From Microcoleus vaginatus WJT46-NPBG5 (GTDB lineage: Bacteria; Cyanobacteriota; Cyanobacteriia; Cyanobacteriales; Oscillatoriaceae): a stretch of 64,000 nt of DNA. This document shows positions 51,645 to 62,500 of the stretch, one piece after another. The stretch spans positions 45,147-109,146 of the forward strand of contig JAHHHM010000015.1 of assembly GCA_019359355.1 (NCBI GenBank). The letters are read 5' to 3'. The notes under the pieces were generated by a model. The model worked only from the letters and a program-made list of their open reading frames with translations. It searched no databases and was not told where the DNA came from. The translations under genes and the position numbers were made by a program. Every line of letters begins with the position of its first letter. Position 1 is the first letter of the stretch.

Positions 51645-53150
51645 TTAATGGAGTTTGCAGACACGCTCTAGCGTTCCTTTAGTACCAAACTCATGCAAAC
51701 TGCTCAACTTGTCAGCAACAGTTTCGACGAAACGTAGCGACTGTCCTAAATCTCCAAAAATTTCAAAGATGCTGAGGAAGGGTGTGGGATCTGTTTTACC
51801 TGAGCCGGCTTGTTGAGTGAGGATATCAGCTAAGGGGTCATCAATGATGATAGGACGGTTCTGGTCGTCATAACCATTAAGATAGTGACACCAAGCAGCA
51901 ATCGTCAAACTTAGGTAATCAATCGCACCTCCAAGTTGTAATTTATCGCGGATCGAACCCAAAACAAACTTAGGAAGTTTGGCCGATCCATTCAGGCATA
52001 GGCGCGGAAGTTGATCGCGAATTTTGGGATTGGAAAACCGTTCAATTAAAGTCTTTTTATAATCGTCTAAATCAATTCCAGGAACGGGTTGGAGCGTTGG
52101 TGTCACCTCGTCCATCAGGTTAGCGACTGCTTGCCGGAATAACGGGTCTGCCATGACTTCATAAACGTATGTATAACCGGCCACAGAGCCGAGATAGCCA
52201 ATCAACATATGACTGGCGTTGAGCAGCCGAATTTTCATCATCTCGTAGGGATGAACGTCGTTAGTCATCTGTACGCCAACGGATTCCCAATCGGGTCTGC
52301 CGGCACAAAAAGTATCTTCAATTACCCACTGGATGAAAGGCTCCGCGACGCCTGGAAACGCATCATTAATCCCAAACTGTTCCGCCACCATTTTGATATC
52401 TGCTGGGGTTGTCATCGGAGTAATGCGATCAACCATGCAGTTGGGAAACGCAACGTGTTCAGCAATCCAACGTCCTAACTCTGGATCGCGCATTTCGGCA
52501 AATGTCGTTAGCATTTTCCGCACCATCTTGCCATTGCCCTGGATATTGTCGCAGGACAGTACGGTAAAGGGTGCTAACCCCTGTTGACGCCGCTTTTCGA
52601 GTGCGGCTGTCAAAAAACCGTATGTCCCGATTGGTTGGTCAGGATGTTGCAAATCGTGCTGAATCGTGGGGTGGTTCACATCAAATTCGCCACTTCCTTC
52701 AATGTAGTAGTAGCCGCTTTCAGTGATCGTTAGAGTCACAATTCGGCATTTGGGATCTGCTAATGCTTCAATAACTGCTTGACGATTGTCAGGTGCAAAC
52801 AGGTAGCGAGTGATTGAACCGATGATTCGAGCGTGATCGCCTTCTAGCGAGCGCTCAACTAAGGTATACAAACAATTTTGGGATAGAAGCGCATCCCGCA
52901 TACGCCTGTCATAGTCATAGTCCAGCAATCCAACACCACAAATGCCCCAATCACTACCCGGATTCTGATGGAAATAATCATCCAGATAAAGCGCTTGATG
53001 CGATTTATGAAATCCACCAACCCCAATATGCACAATTCCATTAGTAATTTGCCGGCGATCGTACTGGGGTACGCGCACGTTTCCAGGTAAACGAGACAGG
53101 GATGCTTGATTCAGCTTGATTGTTGAGCCGGTGCTGGTATTGCTGTTCAT
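51645..53150 (-). CDS. Long-chain mannitol dehydrogenase family oxidoreductase (mannitol 2-DH / fructuronate or mannonate reductase type)
   Basis: NGIVHIGVGGFHKSHQALY Rossmann start plus a 500-aa two-domain layout typical of the M2DH family. Confidence 0.75.
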   Translation of the reverse strand: MNSNTSTGSTIKLNQASLSRLPGNVRVPQYDRRQITNGIVHIGVGGFHKSHQALYLDDYFHQNPGSDWGICGVGLLDYDYDRRMRDALLSQNCLYTLVERSLEGDHARIIGSITRYLFAPDNRQAVIEALADPKCRIVTLTITESGYYYIEGSGEFDVNHPTIQHDLQHPDQPIGTYGFLTAALEKRRQQGLAPFTVLSCDNIQGNGKMVRKMLTTFAEMRDPELGRWIAEHVAFPNCMVDRITPMTTPADIKMVAEQFGINDAFPGVAEPFIQWVIEDTFCAGRPDWESVGVQMTNDVHPYEMMKIRLLNASHMLIGYLGSVAGYTYVYEVMADPLFRQAVANLMDEVTPTLQPVPGIDLDDYKKTLIERFSNPKIRDQLPRLCLNGSAKLPKFVLGSIRDKLQLGGAIDYLSLTIAAWCHYLNGYDDQNRPIIIDDPLADILTQQAGSGKTDPTPFLSIFEIFGDLGQSLRFVETVADKLSSLHEFGTKGTLERVCKLH

Positions 53151-53355
53151 CTTAATTTATGACCTTGTGATGACGCCTTATTATCGGTATTGCAGGAAGT
53201 GTGAAAAAGGTGGAGTCAATTTTGGCGGCTCTGCATGGCAGGTTGAGGGCAAGACTGATCTCCGATGAAGTTGTCGCCCAGGCTATTCTTAACAAAATCT
53301 GACTTTTCACACATCCTGCTAAGGGCATCAAGCGATCGCCTGATGCCCCATGTCC

Positions 53356-54099
53356 TTACACTAGCGTTGCTGATAATAAGCCGATAAGGTCGTGCATCCG
53401 CTCGATAACTTGGTGGGCACCAGCCGACTGAAGAGCATCGGCACGGCTGCTTCGTTCTTCCTCGCTGATATGAGTTCCCCCTACATAACCGATAATCTGC
53501 CCAATTCCAGCGGCAACGGCAGACGTTACCCCACTGAGAGAATCTTCAACAGCGACGCAATCCGAAACTTCAGCGTCCAGGCACTTCACGGCATATAGGT
53601 AGATGTCAGGAAGCGGCTTGGGACGCGAAAAGGGGAGAGAGTCGTGAGCGCTAAATATCTGATCATTGGGGAAATAGTCGGTCAAGGCAGCTGCACCAAG
53701 GCAAGCACTCAGTCGCTGTAAGCTGCTGTTACTTACTAGCGCATATTCAAATCCGTCGTCGCGCAGGGAAGAGAGCACTTCAGGCGTTCCTTCAGTCGCT
53801 TTTGCCTCTACACTAAGCCGATCAATGGCTCTCTTTTCTTCTTGAGCCACTAGCGTGTCAATATCGCGCTCATTAAGACTGGTTAATGAATCTGGGTAGA
53901 GCTTTTTGAGTATTTCCCTGTAGGGTTTGCCGGCGAAGCTTTTAACAAACTCCTCAAGCTCATAGTGTTGAGCGCCAGGGAACTCACGAGCCACTTCATT
54001 TGTCAGCTTCCACGCGCTCTTAAGCGCTATGGTTTCACTATCAACGACAGTTCCATCATGATCGAAAAGTACCATCTTAGGATGCTGAAGCGGTTTCAT
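53356..54099 (-). CDS. HAD-superfamily hydrolase (beta-phosphoglucomutase-like sugar phosphatase)
   Basis: Motif I MVLFDHDGTVVDSE, motif II LVSNS, motif IV near VEDSLSG. Start most likely the second Met (54075), which butts against the upstream gene's stop. Confidence 0.75.
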   Translation of the reverse strand: MKPLQHPKMVLFDHDGTVVDSETIALKSAWKLTNEVAREFPGAQHYELEEFVKSFAGKPYREILKKLYPDSLTSLNERDIDTLVAQEEKRAIDRLSVEAKATEGTPEVLSSLRDDGFEYALVSNSSLQRLSACLGAAALTDYFPNDQIFSAHDSLPFSRPKPLPDIYLYAVKCLDAEVSDCVAVEDSLSGVTSAVAAGIGQIIGYVGGTHISEEERSSRADALQSAGAHQVIERMHDLIGLLSATLV

Positions 54100-55582
54100 T
54101 TAAAAAGCCTCCCTCACTGTAATTCTTAAGCGTAGTCAATAGTCCGTGGGTCTGAAGATCTTGCAAAGCTTGGTGGCATTCATTATCAACGACCTCTGTC
54201 TGTTCGCAATTCTCCAATTCCAGAATCCCGCTAATCACTGCGCCTTCTTGAATCGCTGTAATTGCGCTTTCGGTATCCTTGGCATGATAGGGCTGACCAG
54301 ACTCGCTCGCCCCTTCTCTGACTGCAAGAAGCCACGCCGCAACGGGAAGTACAATCCGCTTGATGCTGACCTTTCGGCTATAAGCATCCTCAAGTATCGG
54401 AAATATATACTTGCCTACTTTCCTCGCTGTTTCTGAAGCGATTCTCTCAGTAGTATCGGGAAGCTTCTCGTTACTCAGTCTTAGTAACACCTGCTCCATA
54501 TATTGTTCACACATCTCGCGAGGCACGGGTGTTGCTGCTGCGATATCGCTCATCAAAAGCCGAGTAAACAACTCAAATTCCGGTTGCCTGATCGCCTCAT
54601 GCATATACTCTATACCTGCTCTTACCGCTAAACAGGCTATGAAGGAGTGTACCGCATTCAAGAATCTCGACTTCATATACAGAAAGGGAGTGATGTCTTT
54701 CGTCATAATGACTCCCACATCTTCCCACTTGGGTCGCTCACCTGTGAAGTTGTCTTCCACGACAAACTGCCAAAATGGCTCTGTAACAATAGGTGCGCGA
54801 GCGCGAACTTGCAACAGTCGCCTAGGGTAGTTATAGTCGGATTCTTGCTCTTGAGGCACAATCCTGTCTACAACCGTATTAGGGAAGGTCGCGTTATCCC
54901 TGATGTATTCTGCAAGCTGAGGATCGATCAGGTCAGCATAAGCTAGCACGCCTTTTCGCAGGATCTCCCCATTTCTTGGGAGGTTGTCGCAAGAAACGGT
55001 GGTGAAAGGGTTCATTGCGAGATCGCGTCGTCGGCGTAGCGCCTCTACGATAAAGCCAATTGCAGTGATAGGAGTGGAAGGATTTTGCAGATCGTGCGCG
55101 ATGTCTTCATTCGCTGTGTCGAGATTAAAACTCTTGTCTAGATGGTAGCCTCCTTGAGTAATTGTCAGAGTCACAAGGTGCACAGAGGAAGATGTCATCT
55201 TTTCAAGCACATAGTCGCACTTCTCTCTACCATTAACGATTTCTTTGATAGAACCGATAACTTCTGCTTCCTCACGCTTTTTAGCGGAACTAGAGTGTTT
55301 GGTCAAAGTGTAAAGGAATGTCTGCGGTTTCAACCTATTAATGGTGCGTTGGCTCTTGAGGCTAACCCCACAAATCCCCCATTTCTGCTCTTGAGAACCC
55401 TTCTGTACAAGATAGTTATGTATTATGTAGGCGAGGTGACCCCTAAAAAAACGACCTGGGCCGAAATGGACGATACCAGTATTAAGCGCGCTTCTGTCGT
55501 AAGGAGACTGTTCCTCCCACAAACCCGTTACAGTACCGAGGCGAGAACTTGAAACACTGGGCGGTCTGAGTAAGTTAACCAT
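54077..55582 (-). CDS. Second long-chain mannitol dehydrogenase family oxidoreductase (paralogue)
   Basis: GIVHFGPGRFFRGHLAYI start; same length (501 aa) and block order as the 51645 gene (for example NASHMLIGYL vs NAVHSFIACL). Confidence 0.75.
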   Translation of the reverse strand: MVNLLRPPSVSSSRLGTVTGLWEEQSPYDRSALNTGIVHFGPGRFFRGHLAYIIHNYLVQKGSQEQKWGICGVSLKSQRTINRLKPQTFLYTLTKHSSSAKKREEAEVIGSIKEIVNGREKCDYVLEKMTSSSVHLVTLTITQGGYHLDKSFNLDTANEDIAHDLQNPSTPITAIGFIVEALRRRRDLAMNPFTTVSCDNLPRNGEILRKGVLAYADLIDPQLAEYIRDNATFPNTVVDRIVPQEQESDYNYPRRLLQVRARAPIVTEPFWQFVVEDNFTGERPKWEDVGVIMTKDITPFLYMKSRFLNAVHSFIACLAVRAGIEYMHEAIRQPEFELFTRLLMSDIAAATPVPREMCEQYMEQVLLRLSNEKLPDTTERIASETARKVGKYIFPILEDAYSRKVSIKRIVLPVAAWLLAVREGASESGQPYHAKDTESAITAIQEGAVISGILELENCEQTEVVDNECHQALQDLQTHGLLTTLKNYSEGGFLNETASAS

Positions 55583-56165
55583 TAGAGTTCTTAGATAAGT
55601 GGATAATGAGGTAAAATCAAACTAGGTCACTCTGGGTAAAGCGAATGACCTACAAACAGCACAAATCTTTCAAAGTGCGAAAATTTTGAGCCTCTTCTGT
55701 AGCATCTACAAAGAAGCGTATTACCACAAAGTAATTGGGGTCTGATAGGTAAAGCAGAGAAAGAAAAAATCAGGTAAACCTAATTAGAATCAAAGATCTA
55801 TTAGTCATTAACCTGAAGTAAGGCACAAGAGTATGCCGCATACTGCCACTTTGTTCAGCTTTGGCAATTGCGTAAGTCGAATGTCTGTCCTGTAAGGCGC
55901 AAATATACTGCTTTTAAATTCTGCTTTGAGATTCCCCAATAACTCTGTACACGCTCATCTTATTTCCCTTGGTTGCTGCTAGGCTCCGTCTTCAGGAGAA
56001 TCTAAAACAAATTCTTTAGAGGGAGTTATATCAATAATCAAGGTATACTTCGCTACAAGCAGTTAAGTTAGAGTTTGGCGTTTGTGTAGCCAGCCTCCAA
56101 AAAACAACGCTTGCGTTGAAAAGTCCTGTCTGTAGCTGATGGCTGATACAGCACTGCTAGTCCGT

Positions 56166-56520
56166 TTCAGTCTCTCCAGAAATTTTTAAAGTTTCCTAAC
56201 TCACAACTCGGATCTGCACTCCTCTTGAGCAAATCCTCCATAGATACCTGACAATCTGGAAATGCCGAAGGTGCGATTAAATCGGACTCTGCCAATACAA
56301 CCTGGCTAGCATAACCCTCTGCCCCAAGCTCCCGAAAAACATACAATCGACGGGCATTGATATTTAGAATCCAATACTCCCTAATTCCTCGATTTTTGGT
56401 TGCTTTTTAAAGTAATAATATAGCCCGCTTCTTGCTCGTTAATTAACTTGTCAATATCTTTTTGGTAGCCCCTAGCATTGATCGTGACAATACAGCCAGC
56501 CAGGTCTAAAACTTGATGAG
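56166..56520 (-). pseudogene. Frameshifted remnant of a Uma2-family (DUF820) endonuclease gene
   Basis: Minus-strand frames read ...VLDLAGCIVTINARGYQKDIDKLINEQEAGY then (frameshift) IREYWILNINARRLYVFRELGAEGYASQVVLAESDLIAPSAFPDCQVSMEDLL. This fits the Uma2 C-terminal pattern (Y..AG..EYWIVD....V.VY.L..G.Y.......L.S..FP.L.L.L..IF). No intact ORF. Confidence 0.45.
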
Positions 56521-56764
56521 TTCAGTAATAGCGGTAATATCGTTCTCAATGTTATTATAATTATTGGCCCTGAGGAAAACCTCTGTGAACAAAAGTTGAG
56601 GAATGAATGGTCTCTCTGAGAATGAGGATCAACGCGTATAGACAAGGGGAAACACCAGAAAACCTGGCTTTTCCCCTAATGATCTGATGATTATTCTATC
56701 CAACCTAGAAAATTTTGGGCTTGTTGAGAATAGGACGGCAATATCAGTTTGTAGAAAGTTTGGT

Positions 56765-57343
56765 TCACTCAATCGCTCGAACAGAACCATGAATTGTTTG
56801 AATGATTGGGAGGGATGAGTTATTTTTTTGGTAGTAACTTTTCAGAAAAAGTGTTTCAGTTTTGTTGTAACAAATTAAGGTAACCATTGTATTGGTGTTT
56901 GCGCCGGCAAACCAAAGTCTTACGGCTTCTCGCCCGCCCACTTTCGTTTTCCCTCTGCGAGTTAACCGAGTTCCGGGTTCAACAGAGTTGAGCATTTGAT
57001 TGACAACCGTTTCCAAATTATCAGGTTCAATGGCGATATCCGTCTTAATTAAATTGGACGGAACTCTGCCACCGCCAAGGGTTGGTTTTAGATTGGTGAT
57101 AATGAGCAATTCTCTAGGCGTCGCGCCGGCAGGTTGCGGACTTCTTTCTAAAAACCAGCTTGATGGGTAGCGAATTGAAAATTCATTGGGAATTTGATAA
57201 GTTTGCCAGCTTTTGACTTCAGCACTATTTTGAGCGAAACTTGGGTTAATTCCTAATTGACTGGGCAGCGGAAAAGCGGTTAAAATAACTAAATTTGCGA
57301 TGGCAATTGCCAGCAAAACTTTGAATTTGATTTTAAGCGTCAT
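56765..57343 (-). CDS. Secreted hypothetical protein
   Basis: 192 aa with N-terminal signal peptide MTLKIKFKVLLAIAIANLVILTAFPLPSQLG; no recognised domain. Confidence 0.5.
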   Translation of the reverse strand: MTLKIKFKVLLAIAIANLVILTAFPLPSQLGINPSFAQNSAEVKSWQTYQIPNEFSIRYPSSWFLERSPQPAGATPRELLIITNLKPTLGGGRVPSNLIKTDIAIEPDNLETVVNQMLNSVEPGTRLTRRGKTKVGGREAVRLWFAGANTNTMVTLICYNKTETLFLKSYYQKNNSSLPIIQTIHGSVRAIE

Positions 57344-57507
57344 AATTAAGTCCAGGTAGAGGACAATTCGGAAATAGTAGAAACCGGCACCCCTTCAATG
57401 GCGGGGATATTTTACCTTACGGTGCCGGCACACACAGCTTCAGGACGAATTAGAAAATCCTCAGTTCCAGTCTTAAGACTCAAAACCCTCAAGTTTTCAG
57501 GACTATT

Positions 57508-57960
57508 TTAAACTAAATTAAATTCTTTGAGTGCCGGCAAGAAGTTATTATTTTCATGTCCGGAACGGCTGAGTTTGATTAAGGCAAATCGTCGCAGCGG
57601 AGTCAGGGAAGCCCATTGCGCCGGCAGCAAATTTACGCCACATTCTTCTGCCTTTTCCTGAACACTTGCCGGCACAGTTTTTTCATCCATCCAAGCGGGA
57701 TTTTCCTCAACCGGCAAATCTGATGCCGGTGTGCCGGTGCGTTTCACTACTAAATCGTGCAACCAATCTCGGTAAGCTTGAATGTCTGCCGGTGTTGTAC
57801 AAGGATGATCAACCAATGCTTGCCGTTCCTCTTGGTTAAACTTATGCCAATGGGGAAGTTTTAGCTTAACTCCACAAGTATCTAACTTGAGACGTACCTG
57901 CATAGGAATGCAGCGCAGGGACTCTACAAAATCTTCTTCAAATTGAAAAAACTCAGTCAT
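57508..57960 (-). CDS. narM: Nitrate reductase-associated protein (NarM-like)
   Basis: 150 aa starting MTEFFQFEEDFVESLRCIPMQVRLKLDTCGVKL, as recalled for the small protein family found next to cyanobacterial narB; position immediately downstream of narB supports the call. Confidence 0.5.
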   Translation of the reverse strand: MTEFFQFEEDFVESLRCIPMQVRLKLDTCGVKLKLPHWHKFNQEERQALVDHPCTTPADIQAYRDWLHDLVVKRTGTPASDLPVEENPAWMDEKTVPASVQEKAEECGVNLLPAQWASLTPLRRFALIKLSRSGHENNNFLPALKEFNLV

Positions 57961-58055
57961 TGAATTGCAAATAACGAATTCCCGATTTTCATGATTAATT
58001 ATCCTTCATCCTTTGATTTTTTTGACTTAATAGTAGGGTACATGACTCACGAACC

Positions 58056-60305
58056 CTACTGAGTCGAAGCAACTGGAGAAAGTACGCGCGGCTGCACTTC
58101 AACCTCAACACCGGCAGCCTTTATCTGTGCGCCAACCGGCATTAACTGCACCGCACAGGCTTTTAATTCCGGTTGTTTCGACTCTGGGCAAAAAACTGGA
58201 TGGGTGAGGGCATTGGCTTCTGCATCGTCTGCCCATAAAAAACCCCAATGGATCGGTACAAATAAAGTGCCGGCGGTAATCGCTTTTGTGATTTTTGCTG
58301 GGAAACGGGCTTTTCCGCGACGGGATCGCACCTCAACCCAATCATTCTCCTGAATGCCGAGTTTCTGGGCATCACGGGGATGAATTTCGATAAACGGGTT
58401 AGGGTGCATTGCTGCCGTTTTCTCAATCCGTCCTGTGCGCGTCAGGGTGTGCCAGTGTCCATACAGCCGGCCATTTGTCAAGACAAACGGATAGTCGGGA
58501 TCGGGCGGTTCCGCGAGTCCCCGCGAGTGATAAGCGCCAAATCGTGCCCGTCCATCCGGCGTGTGGAAGCGTAAATCGGTGTAAAGCCGTTTAGATGAAG
58601 CCGCCGGGGAACGATGCAATGACATCACACCCCCATTTTCCCTCTCTTCTTCCGGGCATGGCCATTGCATTGGGCCTTCTGTTTTCAATCGGCTGTGACT
58701 AATGCCGGTTTGATCACAGGGGCGATCACGGGTTAACTGCACGTATTCTGCATAAACTTCTGCGGCATTTTTGAAAGAAAATTGCTGGGTAAAGCCCAAC
58801 CGGCGGCCCACTTCTGCAAACACTTCCCAGTCTGCTTTCGCTTCTCCCGGTGGGGTGCGAAATGCTGGACACAGGGTAACGACGCGTTCAGAATTGGTCA
58901 TCGTGCCGCTTTTTTCACTCCACTGGGCTGCCGGCAGCAACAGGTGGGCATAAGCAGCGGTTTCCGTGGGATAGTACGCCTCAGAATAGACGGTAAAGGG
59001 GGATTGGCGCAAAGCTGCTTTCGTGCGTTCTAAATCGGGCATACTCACCAGCGGATTGGTGGCGACAACCCATAGAAATTCAACGTCCCCAGCTTCTATG
59101 CCGGTGATAATATCCCATGCAGAACGACCCGGTTTGGGTGCAATTTGCCCCGCTGGTAGATTCCAAAACTGTTCAACTTCCTGCCGGTGTTGGGGATTGG
59201 TGACAAAACGGTAGCCCGGAAGCAATAGAGAAAGCCCGCCGGCTTCTCGTCCGCCCATTGCATTGGGCTGGCCGGTGAGGGAAAATGGCCCTGCCCCAGG
59301 CTTGCCAATTTGAGCGGTCATTAGGTGCAAATTAATAATCGTGCGGGCTTTGGCGGTTCCCTCACTCGATTGATTAATCCCCATCGACCATAACGACAAA
59401 ACACGCCCAGATTCGCCCCAGTAACGGGCTGCGGTTTCTAGATCATCCATGCGAATGCCGCATTTTCTGGCAACCAGTTCCGGGGGATAGTGGCGAATGA
59501 CTTCTGCATAGTCGGGAAAACCGCTGGTGCATTCGTCAATGAATACGCTATCGATGTAACCCCAGCGCATTAATAAATGGGCGATGCCATTCATTAAATC
59601 GATATCGGTTCCTGGGTGAATGGCTAAGTGTAAATCGGCGGCTTCTGCGGTGGTGGTGCGACGCGGATCGACGACAATTAATTTGACATTCTGATTTTTT
59701 TTGTGATGTTTTCGTAGCCGGTTGAAGATAATCGGGTGACACTCTGCGGTATTGGTGCCAATTAAAAAAGCACAATCTGTCAGTTCCAAATCGTCATAGC
59801 AACAGGGAGGGCCATCGTAACCAAAACTTTGGATATAAGCGGCTACTGCACTCGACATACATAAGCGGGAATTGGCATCAAAATTATTCGTGCCAATACA
59901 GCCTTTTAAGAGTTTTTGAGCAGTGTAATAATCCTCCGTTTGTAGTTGCCCAGAACCATAAAAACAGATGGCATCTGCGCCTCGGCTAGTGCGAATCTTT
60001 TGGATGCGATTGACAATTTTATTGAAGGCTTCCTCCCAACTCACCCGTTGGAAGGGTTGATCAAGGGAATCTCGCATCATTGGGTGAAGCAGCCGGTCTT
60101 TTCCTAAAGACTCGGCAATCGTGGCACCTTTAACACAAACCATGCCTTGACTGGAAGGATGGCTGCGATCTCCTTGTACTTTCCAAAGCGGATTTCCTTG
60201 AGCATCCCGATTGGTGGGTTTATTCGCTTGCGCCGGCGGGGAAACTTCTAAACCACAACCCACCCCGCAGTAAGGGCAGAGAGTTTTAATTGATTCACTC
60301 ATCAC
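58056..60305 (-). CDS. narB: Assimilatory ferredoxin-nitrate reductase (molybdopterin oxidoreductase)
   Basis: N-terminal 4Fe-4S motif [13 protein letters not shown]-binding domains, 749 aa. GTG start at 60305 or ATG at 60302; overlaps the nirA stop. Confidence 0.9.
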   Translation of the reverse strand: MMSESIKTLCPYCGVGCGLEVSPPAQANKPTNRDAQGNPLWKVQGDRSHPSSQGMVCVKGATIAESLGKDRLLHPMMRDSLDQPFQRVSWEEAFNKIVNRIQKIRTSRGADAICFYGSGQLQTEDYYTAQKLLKGCIGTNNFDANSRLCMSSAVAAYIQSFGYDGPPCCYDDLELTDCAFLIGTNTAECHPIIFNRLRKHHKKNQNVKLIVVDPRRTTTAEAADLHLAIHPGTDIDLMNGIAHLLMRWGYIDSVFIDECTSGFPDYAEVIRHYPPELVARKCGIRMDDLETAARYWGESGRVLSLWSMGINQSSEGTAKARTIINLHLMTAQIGKPGAGPFSLTGQPNAMGGREAGGLSLLLPGYRFVTNPQHRQEVEQFWNLPAGQIAPKPGRSAWDIITGIEAGDVEFLWVVATNPLVSMPDLERTKAALRQSPFTVYSEAYYPTETAAYAHLLLPAAQWSEKSGTMTNSERVVTLCPAFRTPPGEAKADWEVFAEVGRRLGFTQQFSFKNAAEVYAEYVQLTRDRPCDQTGISHSRLKTEGPMQWPCPEEERENGGVMSLHRSPAASSKRLYTDLRFHTPDGRARFGAYHSRGLAEPPDPDYPFVLTNGRLYGHWHTLTRTGRIEKTAAMHPNPFIEIHPRDAQKLGIQENDWVEVRSRRGKARFPAKITKAITAGTLFVPIHWGFLWADDAEANALTHPVFCPESKQPELKACAVQLMPVGAQIKAAGVEVEVQPRVLSPVASTQ

Positions 60306-61974
60306 TGTTTTCCCCGTCTATTTCTGCCATCGCAATCGGAGGTTTGTAATATTCTGATTGCCTCGGTTGTGCGCCAAAGTTTTCGATTAGCAAGTTTCGC
60401 AACACCGGCATCAAATCTTCACAGGGAATTCCTTGCATGACTCGTTCCCCTAAATGAGCGTCTTTCCCAACTTTTCCCCCCATCCAGATGTCAGCCGCTT
60501 CCACAACTTGACCGTTTTTGCGTCCTTTTGTCCCCATCAAACCAATGTCCGCAACTTGTGGTTGTCCACAAGAATTTGGGCAACCTGTCCAATGAATTCG
60601 CACAGGTTCAGGCAGCGTTAATTCTGCTTCCAAAGCTTTAATCATGGCTAAGGCGCGATTTTTCGTTTCTATGAGGGCAAAGCCGCAAAATTGACTGCCG
60701 GTGCAAGAAACTAACCAGCGGGAAACGTTATCGGGATTGATGGTAAACCGTTCTTGCAATAAAGGTTCTTTTAAGAACGCTTCCATGCGGGAATCTGGAA
60801 TATTGGGAATCAGCAAATTTTGCTCAACCGTCAGGCGAATTTCCCCACTGCCGTAGACATCTGCGATTCGGGCAATTTCAAACATTTCATTGGCATATAA
60901 CCGCCCGATGGGAACGTGCAAACCGACATAATTTAATCCCGGTTGTTTTTGTTTAAAAAGGCCGATATGGTCCCGTTTATCCCAATTGACTTCATCTTTT
61001 TCCGCTGCCGGTTCTAGGGAATGACCGAGTTGTTTCTCAACTTCTTCTCGAAACTTTTCAACTCCCCATTCATCAATGAGATACATCAGCCGAGACTTTT
61101 GCCGATTTGCCCTTAATCCGTGATTACGAAATACGAGCAAAACAGCTTCACAAACCGCAACAACATCTTCCGGAGTCACCCAAGCATTGAGAGGAATAGC
61201 TTCAACATATCGCTTCGGAGAAAACATCCCACCCACGATGATATTAAAGCCGATTTGATCTTCCTTATAAGCTGGAATAAAGGCAAGATCGTTGGTTTCC
61301 GCATGAACAGAATTGTCCCGACAGCCGGCAATGGCAATATTAAATTTTCGGGGTAAATTTGTAAATTGTGGATTGCCTTTTCCCATGCCGGTGATCATAT
61401 CTTGAACCGCACGGCACAAGCCTTGCGTATCGATCAATTCATCAGCTTCAAGTCCAGCAAGGGGGGAACCTGTTACATTCCGTACATTATCCATGCCGGT
61501 TTGAACACTTGTCATTCCATATTGATGAAACCGGCGAAAAATATCGGGAACATCTTCAATCCGAATTCCCCGAAGTTGCATATTTTGCCGCGTGGTGATG
61601 TCAGCGTTGCCTTCATCTCCATAGCGTTGCACTACCTCAGCGTACACTCTCATGTGGCTGCTGGGTAAAATGCCATTGGCGGTTCGCATCCGCATCATAA
61701 ATTTGCCAGGAGTGACGGTGCGATAAAACAAACCTAACCATTTTAATCGGGCATCCCGGTCAATTTCATCAATGGCTTCCCAGCCAATTTTGGCAAAATA
61801 ATCTACTTCGTCTTTGAGTGCTAAACCATCTTTTTCGGCTTTAAATCTTTCAAATTTGTTAACATTTTTAGCCGGCGCGGTGGCGCTGGTCATGTTTTCA
61901 AATTTATTGATAACTGCTGGAGAATTCTCGACTTCTGGCATGGATTTACCCTCCTTGCTTAGTTGCATGGGCAA
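60295..61974 (-). CDS. nirA: Ferredoxin-nitrite reductase
   Basis: Sirohaem/4Fe-4S cysteine clusters [16 protein letters not shown] and [17 protein letters not shown]; duplicated NiR/SiR half-domains. Conserved core starts around [13 protein letters not shown], so the start may be 61941 or 61893 rather than 61974. Confidence 0.9.
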   Translation of the reverse strand: MPMQLSKEGKSMPEVENSPAVINKFENMTSATAPAKNVNKFERFKAEKDGLALKDEVDYFAKIGWEAIDEIDRDARLKWLGLFYRTVTPGKFMMRMRTANGILPSSHMRVYAEVVQRYGDEGNADITTRQNMQLRGIRIEDVPDIFRRFHQYGMTSVQTGMDNVRNVTGSPLAGLEADELIDTQGLCRAVQDMITGMGKGNPQFTNLPRKFNIAIAGCRDNSVHAETNDLAFIPAYKEDQIGFNIIVGGMFSPKRYVEAIPLNAWVTPEDVVAVCEAVLLVFRNHGLRANRQKSRLMYLIDEWGVEKFREEVEKQLGHSLEPAAEKDEVNWDKRDHIGLFKQKQPGLNYVGLHVPIGRLYANEMFEIARIADVYGSGEIRLTVEQNLLIPNIPDSRMEAFLKEPLLQERFTINPDNVSRWLVSCTGSQFCGFALIETKNRALAMIKALEAELTLPEPVRIHWTGCPNSCGQPQVADIGLMGTKGRKNGQVVEAADIWMGGKVGKDAHLGERVMQGIPCEDLMPVLRNLLIENFGAQPRQSEYYKPPIAMAEIDGENSDE

Positions 61975-62050
61975 TCACATTGGTATTGACTGTGCCTGAT
62001 ACCAATTTGAAAAATGATTGCTACATGATGCCGGTTGGGTTGATCAACCC

Positions 62051-62183
62051 AACATCTCAAATGCTTATAAATGTTGGGTGTCGCTATCGCTTTACCCAAC
62101 CGAATTGGCTTGTAGTTGAGTTTTTAACCCAACCTCTTAAATGCGTGTAGGTGTTGGGTGTCGCTATCGCTCTACCAAACCTA
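62051..62183. repeat. Two tandem 56-nt direct repeats, each with a cccaac/gttggg hairpin, in the nirA leader
   Basis: Copy A 62051-62106: aacccaacatctcaaatgcttataaatgttgggtgtcgctatcgctttacccaacc. Copy B 62128-62183: aacccaacctcttaaatgcgtgtaggtgttgggtgtcgctatcgctctaccaaacc. A palindrome ggttgggttgatcaacccaac sits just upstream at 62036. Confidence 0.7.
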
Positions 62184-62201
62184 CGGCTATGCTTTTTTGT
62201 T

Positions 62202-62243
62202 AGATTACTCAGGTAGATAAACGAACTTCGTATTGTCTGTTAC
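62202..62243 (-). promoter_or_regulatory. Candidate NtcA-activated promoter for nirA-narB-narM
   Basis: GTA-N8-TAC box (gtattgtctgttac, 62230-62243; TGTA-N8-TACg on minus), 22-nt spacer, then TAATCT on the minus strand (complement at 62202-62207). This is the class II NtcA geometry; predicted TSS about 62195, leader about 220 nt. Confidence 0.55.
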
Positions 62244-62500
62244 AAACAAGGTGTTTAAACCGGCAAATCTATCTGAAGAAGTATTCAGTTTATTTTTTAT
62301 ATAATCGTGGAGGCCGGCTAAGGTATTATTTCTGTTTGACTTTTAAAAGTTTATCGACCGGGTTTTAAAATAAGCTGGGTTTCCATTGCTCCGATTGGCA
62401 GTCCTAAATATGTAAAGCATCAATTCACTTGAGAATCTCAGTCTAGACATTTTCTAGGCGGATATTTCTTAGGACTGCCCAGATTTTATCGATTGCGCTT

